The notes: generated by a model not told the origin, from the letters alone. A stretch of 32,000 nucleotides of DNA from Buchnera aphidicola str. APS (Acyrthosiphon pisum) (GCF_000009605.1 NC_002528.1:240001-272000), one strand, 5' to 3'; positions 1-10,849 are shown, counted from the stretch's first letter. Numbers and translations: made by a program.

Positions 1-1293
1 AAGATTACCTCTCTCTTCAAAGTTAGAAAATTGACCTAAGCTGCTGCACCCAGGAGACAAAAGAACGGTATCACCTGATTTGACTTGTTTTGAAATTAAA
101 ATTACTGCTTTTTTTAAATTTTCAACATAAATAGATTTTTTTTCACATATTTTTGACAATTTAATGCCATCTCTTCCAAAACAGTAAATTTTTATTTTTA
201 AAGTTCTAAAAATATTTTTTAATATATTAAAATTTGCAGATTTACTATCGCCGCCTAATAATAATCTTATTGTTCCAGTTGTTTTTATAGAATTTAAAGC
301 AACTTGAGTACTATTTACATTTGTGGATTTAGAATCGTTTATCCAACGTACTCCTTTTTCATTTTTTATTATTTGAAATCGATGTGGTAAATTCGAGAAA
401 CTTTTAAGTACATTTATTGCGTCATTTCTAGGGAATTGCATTGCATCTGAAATAGCTAAAGAGACTAATATATTATTGTAATTATGATATCCATATAATA
501 ATATTTCACTAGTATTTAATATTTTTTTATTTTTAAAAAATAAAATAGGGTCATTGCTTTTAGAACAAATACGATAATCACTTCTATTTGTTCCAAAACT
601 AATCCATTTTTTATTCTTACTATGAATAAGACTTTTTTCTATCTTATCATTAGAGTTAATTATACAAATTTCTGCTTGATTATAAACAGACAATTTAGTG
701 TTTTTATATTGTTGGAATCCATTTGGGTATCGATTGATATGATCTTCGCTAATATTAAGAATAACTGCTATCTTAGATTTTAAATTAAATGTATTTTCTA
801 GTTGAAAACTAGACAGTTCTATTATGTATAAATCTGCTTCTTTATCAAGTATTTCTAGTACGGGAACACCTATATTACCACCTAGAAAAGCTTTATATCC
901 TGATTTTTTTGCAATTTTTTCAATCATGGTAGCTACAGTACTTTTTCCATTAGTCCCTGTTATTGAAATAATAGGACAGGTCACTTCTCTAGAAAATAGT
1001 TCAATATCACTAATAATCTCAATACCTAGCAAACGTGCTTTAATTAAAATAGGTTTAAATGAAGAAATACCCGGACTTATAACAATTAAGTCTGATTCTA
1101 GAATCCACTGATGGTCTAAACTTCCTAAACTATATTCAATATTTTGAGGAATTTTAATAAAATTTGAAGGATGTTTAGATTCATCAATAATTTTAGGTTT
1201 TATTCCTTTTTTTAAAAAAAAATTAATGCAAGATATTCCTGTTAAACCCATTCCTAAAATTAATATTTTTTTACCAAAATAATTATATGACAT
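1..1293 (-). CDS. murD: UDP-N-acetylmuramoylalanine--D-glutamate ligase MurD (C-terminal ~7-10 codons run off the window)
   Basis: Absent from the ORF track because it runs off the left edge. The reverse-strand ATG at 1293-1291 shares its A with the mraY stop (TGATG). The frame is open for all 431 codons down to nt 1: MSYNYFGKKILILGMGLTGISC...SITGTNGKSTVATM (Mur-ligase P-loop)...LLSPGCSSLGQFSNFEERGNL. This is collinear with E. coli MurD as recalled, and the gene sits in the expected dcw-cluster slot. Confidence 0.9.
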   Translation of the reverse strand, partial: MSYNYFGKKILILGMGLTGISCINFFLKKGIKPKIIDESKHPSNFIKIPQNIEYSLGSLDHQWILESDLIVISPGISSFKPILIKARLLGIEIISDIELFSREVTCPIISITGTNGKSTVATMIEKIAKKSGYKAFLGGNIGVPVLEILDKEADLYIIELSSFQLENTFNLKSKIAVILNISEDHINRYPNGFQQYKNTKLSVYNQAEICIINSNDKIEKSLIHSKNKKWISFGTNRSDYRICSKSNDPILFFKNKKILNTSEILLYGYHNYNNILVSLAISDAMQFPRNDAINVLKSFSNLPHRFQIIKNEKGVRWINDSKSTNVNSTQVALNSIKTTGTIRLLLGGDSKSANFNILKNIFRTLKIKIYCFGRDGIKLSKICEKKSIYVENLKKAVILISKQVKSGDTVLLSPGCSSLGQFSNFEERGNL

Positions 1294-2366
1294 CAACATA
1301 CCTTTAAAGAAATGAGACTTATGAGTAACAATATTAGTGACACAATCCAAAATCTTACGATAATCAAAGGTTCTAATATTCCTTTGACTTCATAATGGTG
1401 GTGAACTGGTGCCATTTGAAAAATTCTTTTTTTTCTTATTTTAAACGATATAATTTGTAATATCACAGATATTGTTTCAAAAACAAAAATACCACCCATG
1501 ATAATTAGTAGTAATTCTTGATGTAATAATATTGCTATAGCTCCTAAAGAACCACCTAATGCTAGTGATCCAACATCTCCCATGAACACTTTTGCTGGAT
1601 AGCTATTAAACCATAAAAAACCTAATCCTGAACCAACAATTGCCATACATAATATAGCTAGTTCTGTTGAATTTTTTACATATTGAACATGTAGATAATG
1701 TGAGATATTTATATTGTCGCTAAATAAAGATATTAATGTCAAACCACAAGTTAAAAAAATAACTGGCATAATAGCTAAACCATCTAATCCATCTGTTAGA
1801 TTAACTGCATTACTAGTGCCAACTAGTACAAAATAAGAAAGAAATATATATAAATAGTTTATTTCAAAATCATTCTTTATACAAAAGGGAATTATTAATT
1901 CAGTAGAAATAATATCTTTATTGTTTATCTTAATCATACAGATGAATATGAAAGCAATAATAGATAAAAAAAAATATTTCCATTTTAGTTTTAATCCTTG
2001 ACTATTTTTATACTTTATTTTTTTATAATCATCTATAAAACCTATTAAGCCATATCCTATTAAAATACTTATGACGTACCAAATATAAATATTGGATAAA
2101 TTACAGTATAGTATTGTCGAAAACAATATAGAAAAAATTATAAAAATTCCACCCATGGTAGGTGTGTTTTTTTTTGAATAATGTGTTTTTGGCCCATTAT
2201 TTCGTATAATTTGATATGTTTGTAATTTTTTAAAGTAATATATAAAATATGGCCCAATATATAGATTGATAAAAAAAGAAGTTAATAAGCTAAATATTGC
2301 ACGATATGGAATATAAGAAAGAATATTTAAATTTATATGTAAATATTTATTAAAAAAAATTAGCAT
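1293..2366 (-). CDS. mraY: phospho-N-acetylmuramoyl-pentapeptide transferase MraY
   Basis: 357-aa polytopic membrane ORF with MraY signatures NAVNLTDGLDGLA and VFMGDVGSLALGG. Length is close to the E. coli enzyme. dcw synteny holds, and the start overlaps the murF 3' end by 7 nt. Confidence 0.96.
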   Translation of the reverse strand: MLIFFNKYLHINLNILSYIPYRAIFSLLTSFFINLYIGPYFIYYFKKLQTYQIIRNNGPKTHYSKKNTPTMGGIFIIFSILFSTILYCNLSNIYIWYVISILIGYGLIGFIDDYKKIKYKNSQGLKLKWKYFFLSIIAFIFICMIKINNKDIISTELIIPFCIKNDFEINYLYIFLSYFVLVGTSNAVNLTDGLDGLAIMPVIFLTCGLTLISLFSDNINISHYLHVQYVKNSTELAILCMAIVGSGLGFLWFNSYPAKVFMGDVGSLALGGSLGAIAILLHQELLLIIMGGIFVFETISVILQIISFKIRKKRIFQMAPVHHHYEVKGILEPLIIVRFWIVSLILLLISLISLKVC

Positions 2367-3727
2367 TTTTTTTTGCTCTCCTTAATAAGATCTTCTACTA
2401 CTTTTTCCATTTTTGTACTACGAGATCCTTTAACTAATATGGTTATTTTTTTTTTCTTTAAAAAAACATTTTTTAAATATTCGCTTAATTTTTTTTTATT
2501 TAAAAAATGTTTGCCATTATTAAAAATTTTAGTGATTTCACTACTCATATCACCAATGCTAAAAATTTTATTAATTGCAGATGAATTAGCAGTATTTCCT
2601 ATCATTTGATGATACATCATACTGTTTTCTCCTAATTCGGCCATATCTCCAGTTACTAATATTTTATAACCTGGCATTCTTTCTAAAACTTTTATTGCTG
2701 AAATCATAGATGAAACGTTAGAATTGTAGGTATCATCAATTAAAATTTTATTGGGTTCTAGTATAATAGACTCTAATCTTTTTGAAACAATAGGTGTGTC
2801 CAATAGTCCTATTTTTATTTTTTTTAAAGGTATTTTAAGCGCAAATGAAAAGGCACTAGCTGCTAATGCATTAGATATGTTTTGGTAACCTAAAAACGGT
2901 AATGAAATATTTATTTTTCCACACGGTGTATGCATCGTAAAAGATGTGCCATGTATATGAATTTTAATATTACTACAAAAAAAATTACTATATTTTTTTT
3001 TTTTAATAGAAAAGAACAAAATATTACTGTTCTTTATGTCTTTTTTCCATTGTGAAAAATGATGACTATCTAAATTAATAATAACTGTACTATTAGGTTT
3101 TAAACCAGAAAATATTTCTGATTTTGCTTTAGATACTCCTAATAATGATTTAAATCCTTGTAAATGAGCACAATGAATATTATTAATTAGTATAATATCT
3201 GGTTGACTGATATTACTAGTATAAGCAATTTCGCCCGGTTTACTCGCACCTAATTCAATCACACCATATTTATGTTCTTGTTTTAATTGAAGTAAAGTCA
3301 TTGGAACACCAATATTATTGTTTAAATTATCAATAGTAGATATTGTATTCCCATTTTTCCTAAGTATAGAGGCCGTCATTTCTTTTACTGAGGTTTTTCC
3401 ACAAGAACCGGTAATAGCTAATATTTTTGCCTTAGTTTTTTTGCGAACCCAGCCAGCAATTTGACCTAACGCAATAGAAGTATTTTCCACTATAATATAT
3501 GGAACATGGGGTTTTATATTTTTTTGTGTAACAAATGCAGCACACTTTTTTTTTAAGGCATCGTGTATAAAAATATGAGCATCAAATTTTCTACCTATTA
3601 AAGCAATAAAAAGACAACCTGGAATAATTTTTTTAGTGTCTATGACAATTTCATTTATTAACAAATCTGCTCCATATAGCGTTCCGTTCGTTATTAAAGC
3701 AATTTTTTTTAATGATAAAGAAATCAT
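2360..3727 (-). CDS. murF: UDP-N-acetylmuramoyl-tripeptide--D-alanyl-D-alanine ligase MurF
   Basis: 455-aa ORF with Mur-ligase ATP site ITGSCGKTSVKEM. It lies between murE and mraY, with an ATGA overlap onto the murE stop. It contains in-frame A12 (2993-3004) and A10 (2446-2455) runs. Confidence 0.94.
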   Translation of the reverse strand: MISLSLKKIALITNGTLYGADLLINEIVIDTKKIIPGCLFIALIGRKFDAHIFIHDALKKKCAAFVTQKNIKPHVPYIIVENTSIALGQIAGWVRKKTKAKILAITGSCGKTSVKEMTASILRKNGNTISTIDNLNNNIGVPMTLLQLKQEHKYGVIELGASKPGEIAYTSNISQPDIILINNIHCAHLQGFKSLLGVSKAKSEIFSGLKPNSTVIINLDSHHFSQWKKDIKNSNILFFSIKKKKYSNFFCSNIKIHIHGTSFTMHTPCGKINISLPFLGYQNISNALAASAFSFALKIPLKKIKIGLLDTPIVSKRLESIILEPNKILIDDTYNSNVSSMISAIKVLERMPGYKILVTGDMAELGENSMMYHQMIGNTANSSAINKIFSIGDMSSEITKIFNNGKHFLNKKKLSEYLKNVFLKKKKITILVKGSRSTKMEKVVEDLIKESKKKC

Positions 3728-5217
3728 ATATTTTTTCCTAATAAATTTAATACTATTTTTTTATCTGAATAGTTTATAGATCTATTTTGAATTATTTGTT
3801 TTTCTTCGTGTCCTTTTCCAGCTATTAAAATTATATGATGATATTTTGCTCCGAAATAAGCATAAGATATTGCTTTTTTTCTATCAGGGATAATTAATAT
3901 TTTTTCCTTATTTTTACAACCATTTAAAATATCTTGAATAATTTTTTTTTCTTTTTCATTTCTGGGGTTGTCATTAGTAATGATCACTTTATCTGACATT
4001 TTTTCTGCAATAGCACCCATAATAGGGCGTTTTTTTTGATCTCTTTCTCCTCCGCATCCAAATATACACCATATATATCTTTGGTAATGTGAATGAATGG
4101 CATTAAGTGTTTTTTTTAGTGCATCAGGTGTATGAGCGTAATCGATAATAAAAGTTGGTTTTTTGACATAAGAAAATAATTCCATTCGACCCTGTACTGG
4201 TATTATTTTTTCAGACGTATGGATTAAGTCTGATAAACTATAGCCTAGTTCTAAAAGACAAGCTAATGACAACAGGAGATTAGTGACATTAAAACGTCCA
4301 ATTAAACAAGAGGATATTCTTCCTGTTCCCCAACTAGATTCAAATGTAATATAAATGGAATTATTATTCTGTTCAATATTAGTGGCATTAATCCATTTTG
4401 TAGAATATTTTTTTTGTTTTCTGTTTTGAATAGTAACAGCTACTGTGTAGAAATTAAGTAGTTTTTTTAACCATATTTTCCCATATTGATCATCAGCATT
4501 TAATATAATTTTTTTTACCTTATGTGTACTAAATAATAACCATTTTGCGGATTCATATTTTTCCAAATTTTCATGATAATCTAAGTGATCTTGAGTTAGA
4601 TTAGTGAAAATTGCAATATAAAAAGGAACTTCTTTAACGCGATGTTGTATCAAACCATGTGAAGAAACTTCCATAGTCACTAATTCAGCTTGTTTTTCTA
4701 AGACTTTAGATAAGAATAGTTGAATAAAAATAGGCGAGGAAGTTGTATTATTTGTAGGTTGCAAAGAATTATAAAAACCATTTCCTAAAGTTCCCATAGT
4801 TGCTGTTTTTGTACCTAAAATTGTACTCCACTGATTGATTAATTGTGTTACCGTAGTTTTTCCATTAGTACCAGTTATGCCAATGATTTTTAATCTCTTT
4901 CCTGGTTCTTTATAAAAACGATTTGCTAACAATGATACATTTTCAGATAGTTTAAAAAAGTATATTAGAATAACATTCTTGATATATTTAAATATTCCAT
5001 GCTTATCTTTTTTTTTAGTTTCACATAGAATAGCTGCTGCTTTTTTATTAATAGCTTGAACAATGAAATGACGGCCATCTTTTTTTATCCCCGGAACTGC
5101 TATAAACAAATCTCCTGGAGTTAAAGTTCTGCTATCCATCTTCAAATTTGAAATATATTTTTTTGGAATATTTTTAATCCATGGTAATAATAAATATTTT
5201 AAGCAAATTTTATTCAT
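3724..5217 (-). CDS. murE: UDP-N-acetylmuramoyl-L-alanyl-D-glutamate--2,6-diaminopimelate ligase MurE
   Basis: 497-aa ORF with P-loop GITGTNGKTTV and a DNPR motif (ITNDNPRNE) typical of DAP-adding MurE. The N-terminus LLPWIKN...LKMDSRTLTPGDLFIAVPG parallels E. coli MurE. The start abuts the ftsI stop. Confidence 0.95.
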   Translation of the reverse strand: MNKICLKYLLLPWIKNIPKKYISNLKMDSRTLTPGDLFIAVPGIKKDGRHFIVQAINKKAAAILCETKKKDKHGIFKYIKNVILIYFFKLSENVSLLANRFYKEPGKRLKIIGITGTNGKTTVTQLINQWSTILGTKTATMGTLGNGFYNSLQPTNNTTSSPIFIQLFLSKVLEKQAELVTMEVSSHGLIQHRVKEVPFYIAIFTNLTQDHLDYHENLEKYESAKWLLFSTHKVKKIILNADDQYGKIWLKKLLNFYTVAVTIQNRKQKKYSTKWINATNIEQNNNSIYITFESSWGTGRISSCLIGRFNVTNLLLSLACLLELGYSLSDLIHTSEKIIPVQGRMELFSYVKKPTFIIDYAHTPDALKKTLNAIHSHYQRYIWCIFGCGGERDQKKRPIMGAIAEKMSDKVIITNDNPRNEKEKKIIQDILNGCKNKEKILIIPDRKKAISYAYFGAKYHHIILIAGKGHEEKQIIQNRSINYSDKKIVLNLLGKNI

Positions 5218-6957
5218 TCAGTTCCTTTTATTTGATTTTAAAATCATTTTTTGATTTGACAAGTTATCTGGTTTTATATTCATTTTTTTTAATATTAGTT
5301 TCATTATATTACTAAAAACTGGAGCAGAAACCGCTCCTCCATAATATTTTTTTCCTTGAGGATTATCGAGAATAATTATCAATGAAAATCTTGGATCGCT
5401 AGCTGGTGCAATTCCTGCTGTATAAGCTGTGTATTTTTTAATATAACGCCCATGAATTCCTACTTTTTTTGCAGTCCCTGTTTTTACAGCAACACGATAT
5501 CCTCGGACTGCCGCTTGAAGACCTCCTCCACCTGGTTGAGAAACACTTTCCATCATATTAATTACTTTTTTGACATATTTTGGGGGGAAAATTTGTTTTC
5601 CGCCTGTTGGACGGTCAGTTTTTATAATTGAAAGTGGACGATATATTCCATAACTAGCAATAGTAGAATATAATCTTGCTAACTGAAGTGGAGTTACCAT
5701 AAGTCCGTATCCAAAAGACAAAGTAGCTTTATCTAAATTAGACCACCTTTTTTTAGGAGGGAAAAAACCATGTTTTTCTCCTATTAATCCTAGTTGAGTA
5801 GGTTTACCTAATCCAAATTTAATATAACTATCGAGTAATTTTAAAGTTGGCATGGATAGTGCAATTTTTGACACACCCACGTTACTTGATTTTTGCAATA
5901 TACCAGTTATCGTAAGTTTTTCATGATAGGATACATCTTTTATTTGATGTTTTTGAATTAAAAAAGGTTTTGTATCAATAATTGAATTTTCTTGTATTAT
6001 TCCAAGTTTTAACGCTTCTATAATGACTATTGGTTTTACTGTTGAGCCAGGTTCAAAAAGATCTGTAATTGCTTTATTACGAACATTTTTTTGTATGATA
6101 TGTCGTATATTATTAGGATTATATGAAGGACTATTTGCCATAGCTAGAACCTCTCCTGATTTAATGTTAATTAAAATTGCAGTTCCAGAATCAGATTGGC
6201 TTTTTTTAACCCCTTCTTGTAATTCATTATATACAATAGTTTGTAATTTTGTATCAATGCTAAGATTTAAGTTATTAGATGCTCGTTTATGAACTAAAGA
6301 TATTTTTTCAATAACATGTCCTTTATTATCTTGTCTTATTTTTCTTTTTCCTGGTTTTCCTGTTAATAATAAATCGAAGCTTTTTTCTATTCCTTCAATC
6401 CCTATTCCATCTATATTAGTAAAACCTACTAGTTGAGCTGAAATTTCTTTAAATGGATAGTATCTTTTTGATTCTTCTAATAAAAAAATGCCAGGTAACT
6501 GTAATTTTTTAATATATTCTGAAATTTCAGGATTAATTTGACGAGCTAAGTAAATAAATTTTGATTTTTTATGAGAATTTATACGTAGAAACATTTTTTT
6601 TAAAGGAATAGAAAGAATTTCTGATAAAGCTTGCCAACGTTTATGGTTTTTAATATTTTTTGTTTTTAGAATTACTGATGGATCTGCACAAATTGCGTTT
6701 ACTAATACAGTAACTGCTAACGGATAACCTCTTCGATCCTTAATTGCACCTCTTGTACTAAGTAAAGATTGTGTTCTTAATGTTCGACGATCTCCTTCTG
6801 TTATTAATCGATTAGAACTGATAATTTGTAAAAAAATTACGCGAAGTGTTAAAATAAACAGGGACAAAAAAATAAAGCCATATAATAAAAAAAAACGCCA
6901 ATTTATATAATTTATTTGTTTTGATTTTAAAAATCTATTTTTTTCTTTTTTATACAT
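5218..6957 (-). CDS. ftsI: peptidoglycan D,D-transpeptidase FtsI (PBP3)
   Basis: 579-aa ORF with an N-terminal membrane anchor ([19 protein letters not shown]). Penicillin-binding motifs STVK, SSN and KTGTA are all present. dcw synteny holds. Confidence 0.95.
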
Positions 6958-7021
6958 TTTCTAAATAATATCCATCAATGTACATTTATTTTTATAAAAT
7001 AAAAATTTTTTTATGCTAAAA

Positions 7022-7090
7022 TTATTTTTTTTGAACTGTAGAATGAATAGATAAAGAATTTTTTTCAATTATTAAATTTCTCCATTCATC
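7022..7090 (-). other. ftsL: out-of-frame conserved 3' segment of ftsL (DEWRNLIIEKNSLSIHSTVQKK*), reachable only with one extra A in the upstream run
   Basis: Hand translation of the minus strand from 7090: GAT GAA TGG AGA AAT TTA ATA ATT GAA AAA AAT TCT TTA TCT ATT CAT TCT ACA GTT CAA AAA AAA TAA (stop 7022-7024). It matches E. coli FtsL ...[21 protein letters not shown].... Confidence 0.75.
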
Positions 7091-7275
7091 ATTTTTTTTT
7101 TTTTTTTTTGAATAACATCTTCTTCTTCTGTAATTAATAATCGAGTATTATAAACTGTAATGATGACTAAGCTAGCTGATAATATAATAGCTATTAATAA
7201 AGTTAAATGAATTTTCCCATATAAAAGAAAATCATTTTTGATGATTTTAGGTAAATCATAACGTTGAATTTTCAT
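7072..7275 (-). CDS. ftsL: cell division protein FtsL, truncated as encoded (67 aa); the reading frame is lost inside an A18 run
   Basis: YDLPKIIKNDFLLYGKIHLTLLIAIILSASLVIITVYNTRLL aligns with the E. coli FtsL TM region (...[40 protein letters not shown], recalled). The ORF then ends KKKKKMMNGEI* straight after the homopolymer. It lies between rsmH and ftsI. Confidence 0.85.
   Translation of the reverse strand: MKIQRYDLPKIIKNDFLLYGKIHLTLLIAIILSASLVIITVYNTRLLITEEEDVIQKKKKKMMNGEI
7092..7109 (-). repeat. 18-nt poly(A) homopolymer inside ftsL (T18 on the + strand)
   Basis: Counted directly: 9 T at 7092-7100 plus 9 T at 7101-7109, flanked by a (7091) and g (7110). Confidence 0.97.
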
Positions 7276-7277
7276 AT

Positions 7278-8216
7278 TTATTCTTGTATTTCTGCGATAC
7301 GAAGTACGGAGCTGCGAGCTCTAGGATTATTATTTATTTCATTTTGTGTAGGTAATATACGATTTATAATTTTTAATTTACATGTTGTTAACCTATTTAA
7401 TTGTTCTTCCGTAATAGGCATTCCGTATGGAATAATTGCTTTTGTGCTGTTTTTAATCATGAATTTTTTTACTAATCTGTCTTCTAAAGAATGAAAACTA
7501 ATAATAGATATACGTCCTCCTGGCTTAAGTATTTTTAGCGTGCTTTCTAAAGCTTTTTGAATTTCTTCTAACTCTTGATTGATATAAATTCTAATTGCTT
7601 GAAAACTCCTTCTTGCTGGATGTTTAAATTTATTTTTTGTTGGTATAGTTTTTTTAATAATGTTGGCTAATTCTAGAGTACTGGTTATTTTTTTTATTTG
7701 ACTTCTACGTTTGATAGCATAAGCTATTTTTCTTGAAAAACGTTCTTCTCCGAAATTTTTTAAAACAAAAGAAATTTCTTTAACATTACTTTCAAAAAGC
7801 CATTCGGAAGCAGAAATTCCATAATTAGGATTCATTCGCATATCTAAAGGGCCGTCATTTTTAAATGAAAAACCTCTTCTATAATCGTCAATTTGTATTG
7901 AAGAAACTCCTAAATCAAATATAATTCCATTTACTTTCCCTATAATTTTTTCATTTTTTGCAAAATCTAATAATTTTGAAAAATTTTCATTAATTATATG
8001 AAAACGTGAATCTTTGATTTCACTTCCTATGGAGAAAGCAATGGGGTCTCTGTCAATAGAATATAATCGACCATTTTGTCCTAATTTTTTCAAAATTTCA
8101 TTTGAATGTCCACCTGTTCCAAATGTACTGTCAATATAAATACCGTTTTTTTTTATTTTTAAAGAATCAATTAGTTCTTTTTTCATTACTGGAATATGTT
8201 TAAATATGTGATTCAT
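7278..8216 (-). CDS. rsmH: 16S rRNA (cytosine1402-N4)-methyltransferase RsmH (MraW)
   Basis: 312-aa ORF with SAM-binding [10 protein letters not shown], plus [11 protein letters not shown] and [17 protein letters not shown] blocks typical of RsmH. It is the first gene of the dcw cluster here; no mraZ lies upstream. Confidence 0.95.
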
Positions 8217-8337
8217 TTTTTAAATATAGACGATATAAAGTAAGAATATAGTACATGGTCATTTCTATTTAAATAACCATGTTTAATATTTTTTAGAAAG
8301 AAGAATGTGAAATGTTATTAATTTAAATTTAAAACAT

Positions 8338-8826
8338 TTATCCCCGAGAAATACCAACAATTCCAGAACGAGTTACCTCGATAATTTCTGAAAAATTACG
8401 TATTATTTTTAAAAAAGCATCAATTTTTTTCGTAGTACCAGACAATTGCAATATATATGTTGCAGATGTTATGTCTACAATTTGCCCTCGAAATACTTCA
8501 GTAATATGTTTTATATCATCTCTTCTATGATTGTTTATCTGAACTTTTAATAATACGATTTCCCGTTCTATATGAGAAGATTGTCCAATTTGTACAACTC
8601 TTAATACATCTATTAATTTATGCAGTTGTTTTTCAATTTGTTCAATAGCTTTTTCATTTCCTACTGTTTGTATAGTCATTTTAGATAAAGTAGGATCTTC
8701 AGTAGGTGCTAGCGTAATAGTTTCTATATTATATCCTCTTTGTGAAAAGAGTCCTATTACTCTTGATAGTGCACCTGATTCATTTTCCAATAAAATAGAT
8801 AAAATTCTTCGCATATTTTTAGGCAA
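8338..8826 (-). CDS. ilvH: acetolactate synthase III small (regulatory) subunit IlvH
   Basis: 162-aa [35 protein letters not shown] is an ACT-domain N-terminus as in E. coli IlvH. The start overlaps the ilvI stop by 8 nt. Confidence 0.95.
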
Positions 8827-10534
8827 CCTCTTTTTTCCTTAGCCGCATTTCATTCATGCCACCCCCTTGAATCTGCATAGGATAAACATGCTCAGAATTA
8901 TCTATTTGAACGTCTACGAACACCAAATGACCATCAGACAATTTACTTAATGCAAGCATTAATTTCTCTTCTAATTCTATAGGTTCAGTAATTTGGATAC
9001 CAAAGTGGCCATAGGATTCTGATAATTTTACAAAATCAGGAAGTGAGTCCATATAAGAATGGGAATGTCGTCCTGAATAAATCATATCTTGCCATTGTTT
9101 GACCATTCCTAAAGAAGAATTGTTGAGATTTAATATTAATACTGCTAAATTATATTGTCGTGCTGTAGATAATTCTTGAATATTCATTTGAATACTGCCA
9201 TCTCCTGTAATACAGATAACAGTTTCTTTGGGCAGGGCTAATTTAACTCCTAATGCCGCGGGTAATCCAAATCCCATGGTACCTAATCCACCTGAATTAA
9301 TCCAACGTCTAGGTTTGTTAAATGGATAATATAATGCAGTAAACATTTGATGCTGTCCAACATCTGATGTGATATAAGACGTTCCTTTTGTGAGTTTAAA
9401 AAGAGTTTTAATAACTGTTTGAGGTTTTATCTTATTACTTAGTTGATTGTATTGTAGACTATTTATTTTTTTCCATTTTTTAATAGTATTCCACCAATCT
9501 TCTAACAGTGAAATTTTCTTTTCTTTTTTTAGTAATTCTATCATTTTTTGCAAGACATGTTTAGCATCTCCTACAATAGGTATATTGGCAGATACAGTTT
9601 TAGAAATAGAAGTCGGATCAATATCAACATGTAAAACAATCGCATTTGGACAGTATTTATTTAAATTATTTGTTGTGCGATCATCGAATCTTACACCGAT
9701 TGCAAAAATAACATCGGCATGATGCATGGTCATGTTAGCTTCATACGTACCATGCATTCCTAACATGGAAATATTTTGATCATGAGTGCCTGGAAAACTA
9801 CCTAATCCCATTAAAGAAGTCGTAACAGGACAGTTGATCTTTTCTGCAAAAATTCTTAATTCTTCACTACTGTTAGAACTAATAATTCCGCCCCCTGCAT
9901 AAATCACTGGTCTTTGAGCTTTTAATAATGTATGCAGAGCTTTTTTAATTTGCCCTATATGACCTTTAGTTGTTGGATTATATGAACGTATATTAATATT
10001 ATCTGGCCATTTATAGAGATATTTATTGTCTTTTTTTAAAATATCTTTCGGTAAATCAATTACTATAGGTCCTGGACGGCCACTAGATGCTAACCAAAAA
10101 GCTTTTTTAAAAACAATTGGTATATCTTCAGTTTTTTTAACTAAGAAACTGTGTTTTACTATTGGACGAGAAATTCCGATCATATCACATTCTTGAAAAG
10201 CATCATAACCGATTAATGAAGAAGCGACTTGTCCTGAAATAACAACCATTGGAATAGAATCCATGTATGCTGTTGCAATACCAGTAATAGCATTAGTTGC
10301 ACCGGGTCCAGAAGTAACTAATACTACTCCAGTTTTTCCAGTAGAACGAGAATAACCGTCAGCCATGTGAGTTGCAGCCTGTTCGTGTCTCACTAGAATA
10401 TGTTCGATTCCACCAACGGTTTTTAGAGCATCATAAATATCTAGTACAGCACCACCAGGATAACCAAATATATGCTGTATTCCCTGATCAATTAATGATC
10501 GAACGACCATTTCGGCTCCTGATAATATTTCCAT
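8819..10534 (-). CDS. ilvI: acetolactate synthase III large (catalytic) subunit IlvI
   Basis: 571-aa ORF of the ThDP-dependent enzyme family, with [14 protein letters not shown] at the N-terminus and ThDP-binding [15 protein letters not shown] strong SD (GGAGG, complement of 10541-10545) lies 6 nt upstream of the ATG. Confidence 0.96.
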
Positions 10535-10849
10535 TTTTTTCCTCCAGGATACTAATTTATTAGGTTGTATTTCCTAGATCTCTATCTATCAGTTTATCCT
10601 GTAGTTCATCTAGATAAAATTAGCACTATTTAGTTTAAAAGATTATAAAAAATTCAAAAAATTTATTTTTAATGTTATGTTTTATTTAAGAAGTCATTTT
10701 AAATGATGTCATGTTTTATTACTATTAAATGAAAAATTAATTTTGATTTTTATTATTGCAAATATATCAGATATTATCAATTAATAGAAAGTATTAAGTA
10801 TTATTTAATGTAATTTAGTTTTTATATGTTGAATGATTGGAATATTTTT

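Noticed and set aside
824-1111. Eighteen ORF-track entries lie antisense to, or nested in, large conserved genes. They are 824-1111, 2373-2609, 6023-6292, 7264-7494, 9447-9722, 10372-10563, 13000-13317, 13767-13955, 13986-14195, 16348-16560, 18236-18427, 24109-24390, 25786-25998, 26062-26325, 26965-27288, 27862-28122, 28535-28909 and 30540-30728.
   Set aside because: Each overlaps a well-supported conserved gene on the opposite strand (murD, murF, ftsI, rsmH, ilvI, degP, dapD, tsf, frr, dnaE, proS, flhB, flhA). Their translations are low-complexity, I/F/L/S/K-rich and have no recognisable motifs. Such shadow ORFs are expected in AT-rich coding DNA.
7072-7092. The MMNGEI* ending of the annotated ftsL frame taken as a genuine C-terminus.
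   Set aside because: It has no similarity to FtsL, whereas the neighbouring frame encodes the conserved EWRNLI.E.N.L..HS.V segment. The in-frame ending is best read as the result of a 1-nt homopolymer length change.
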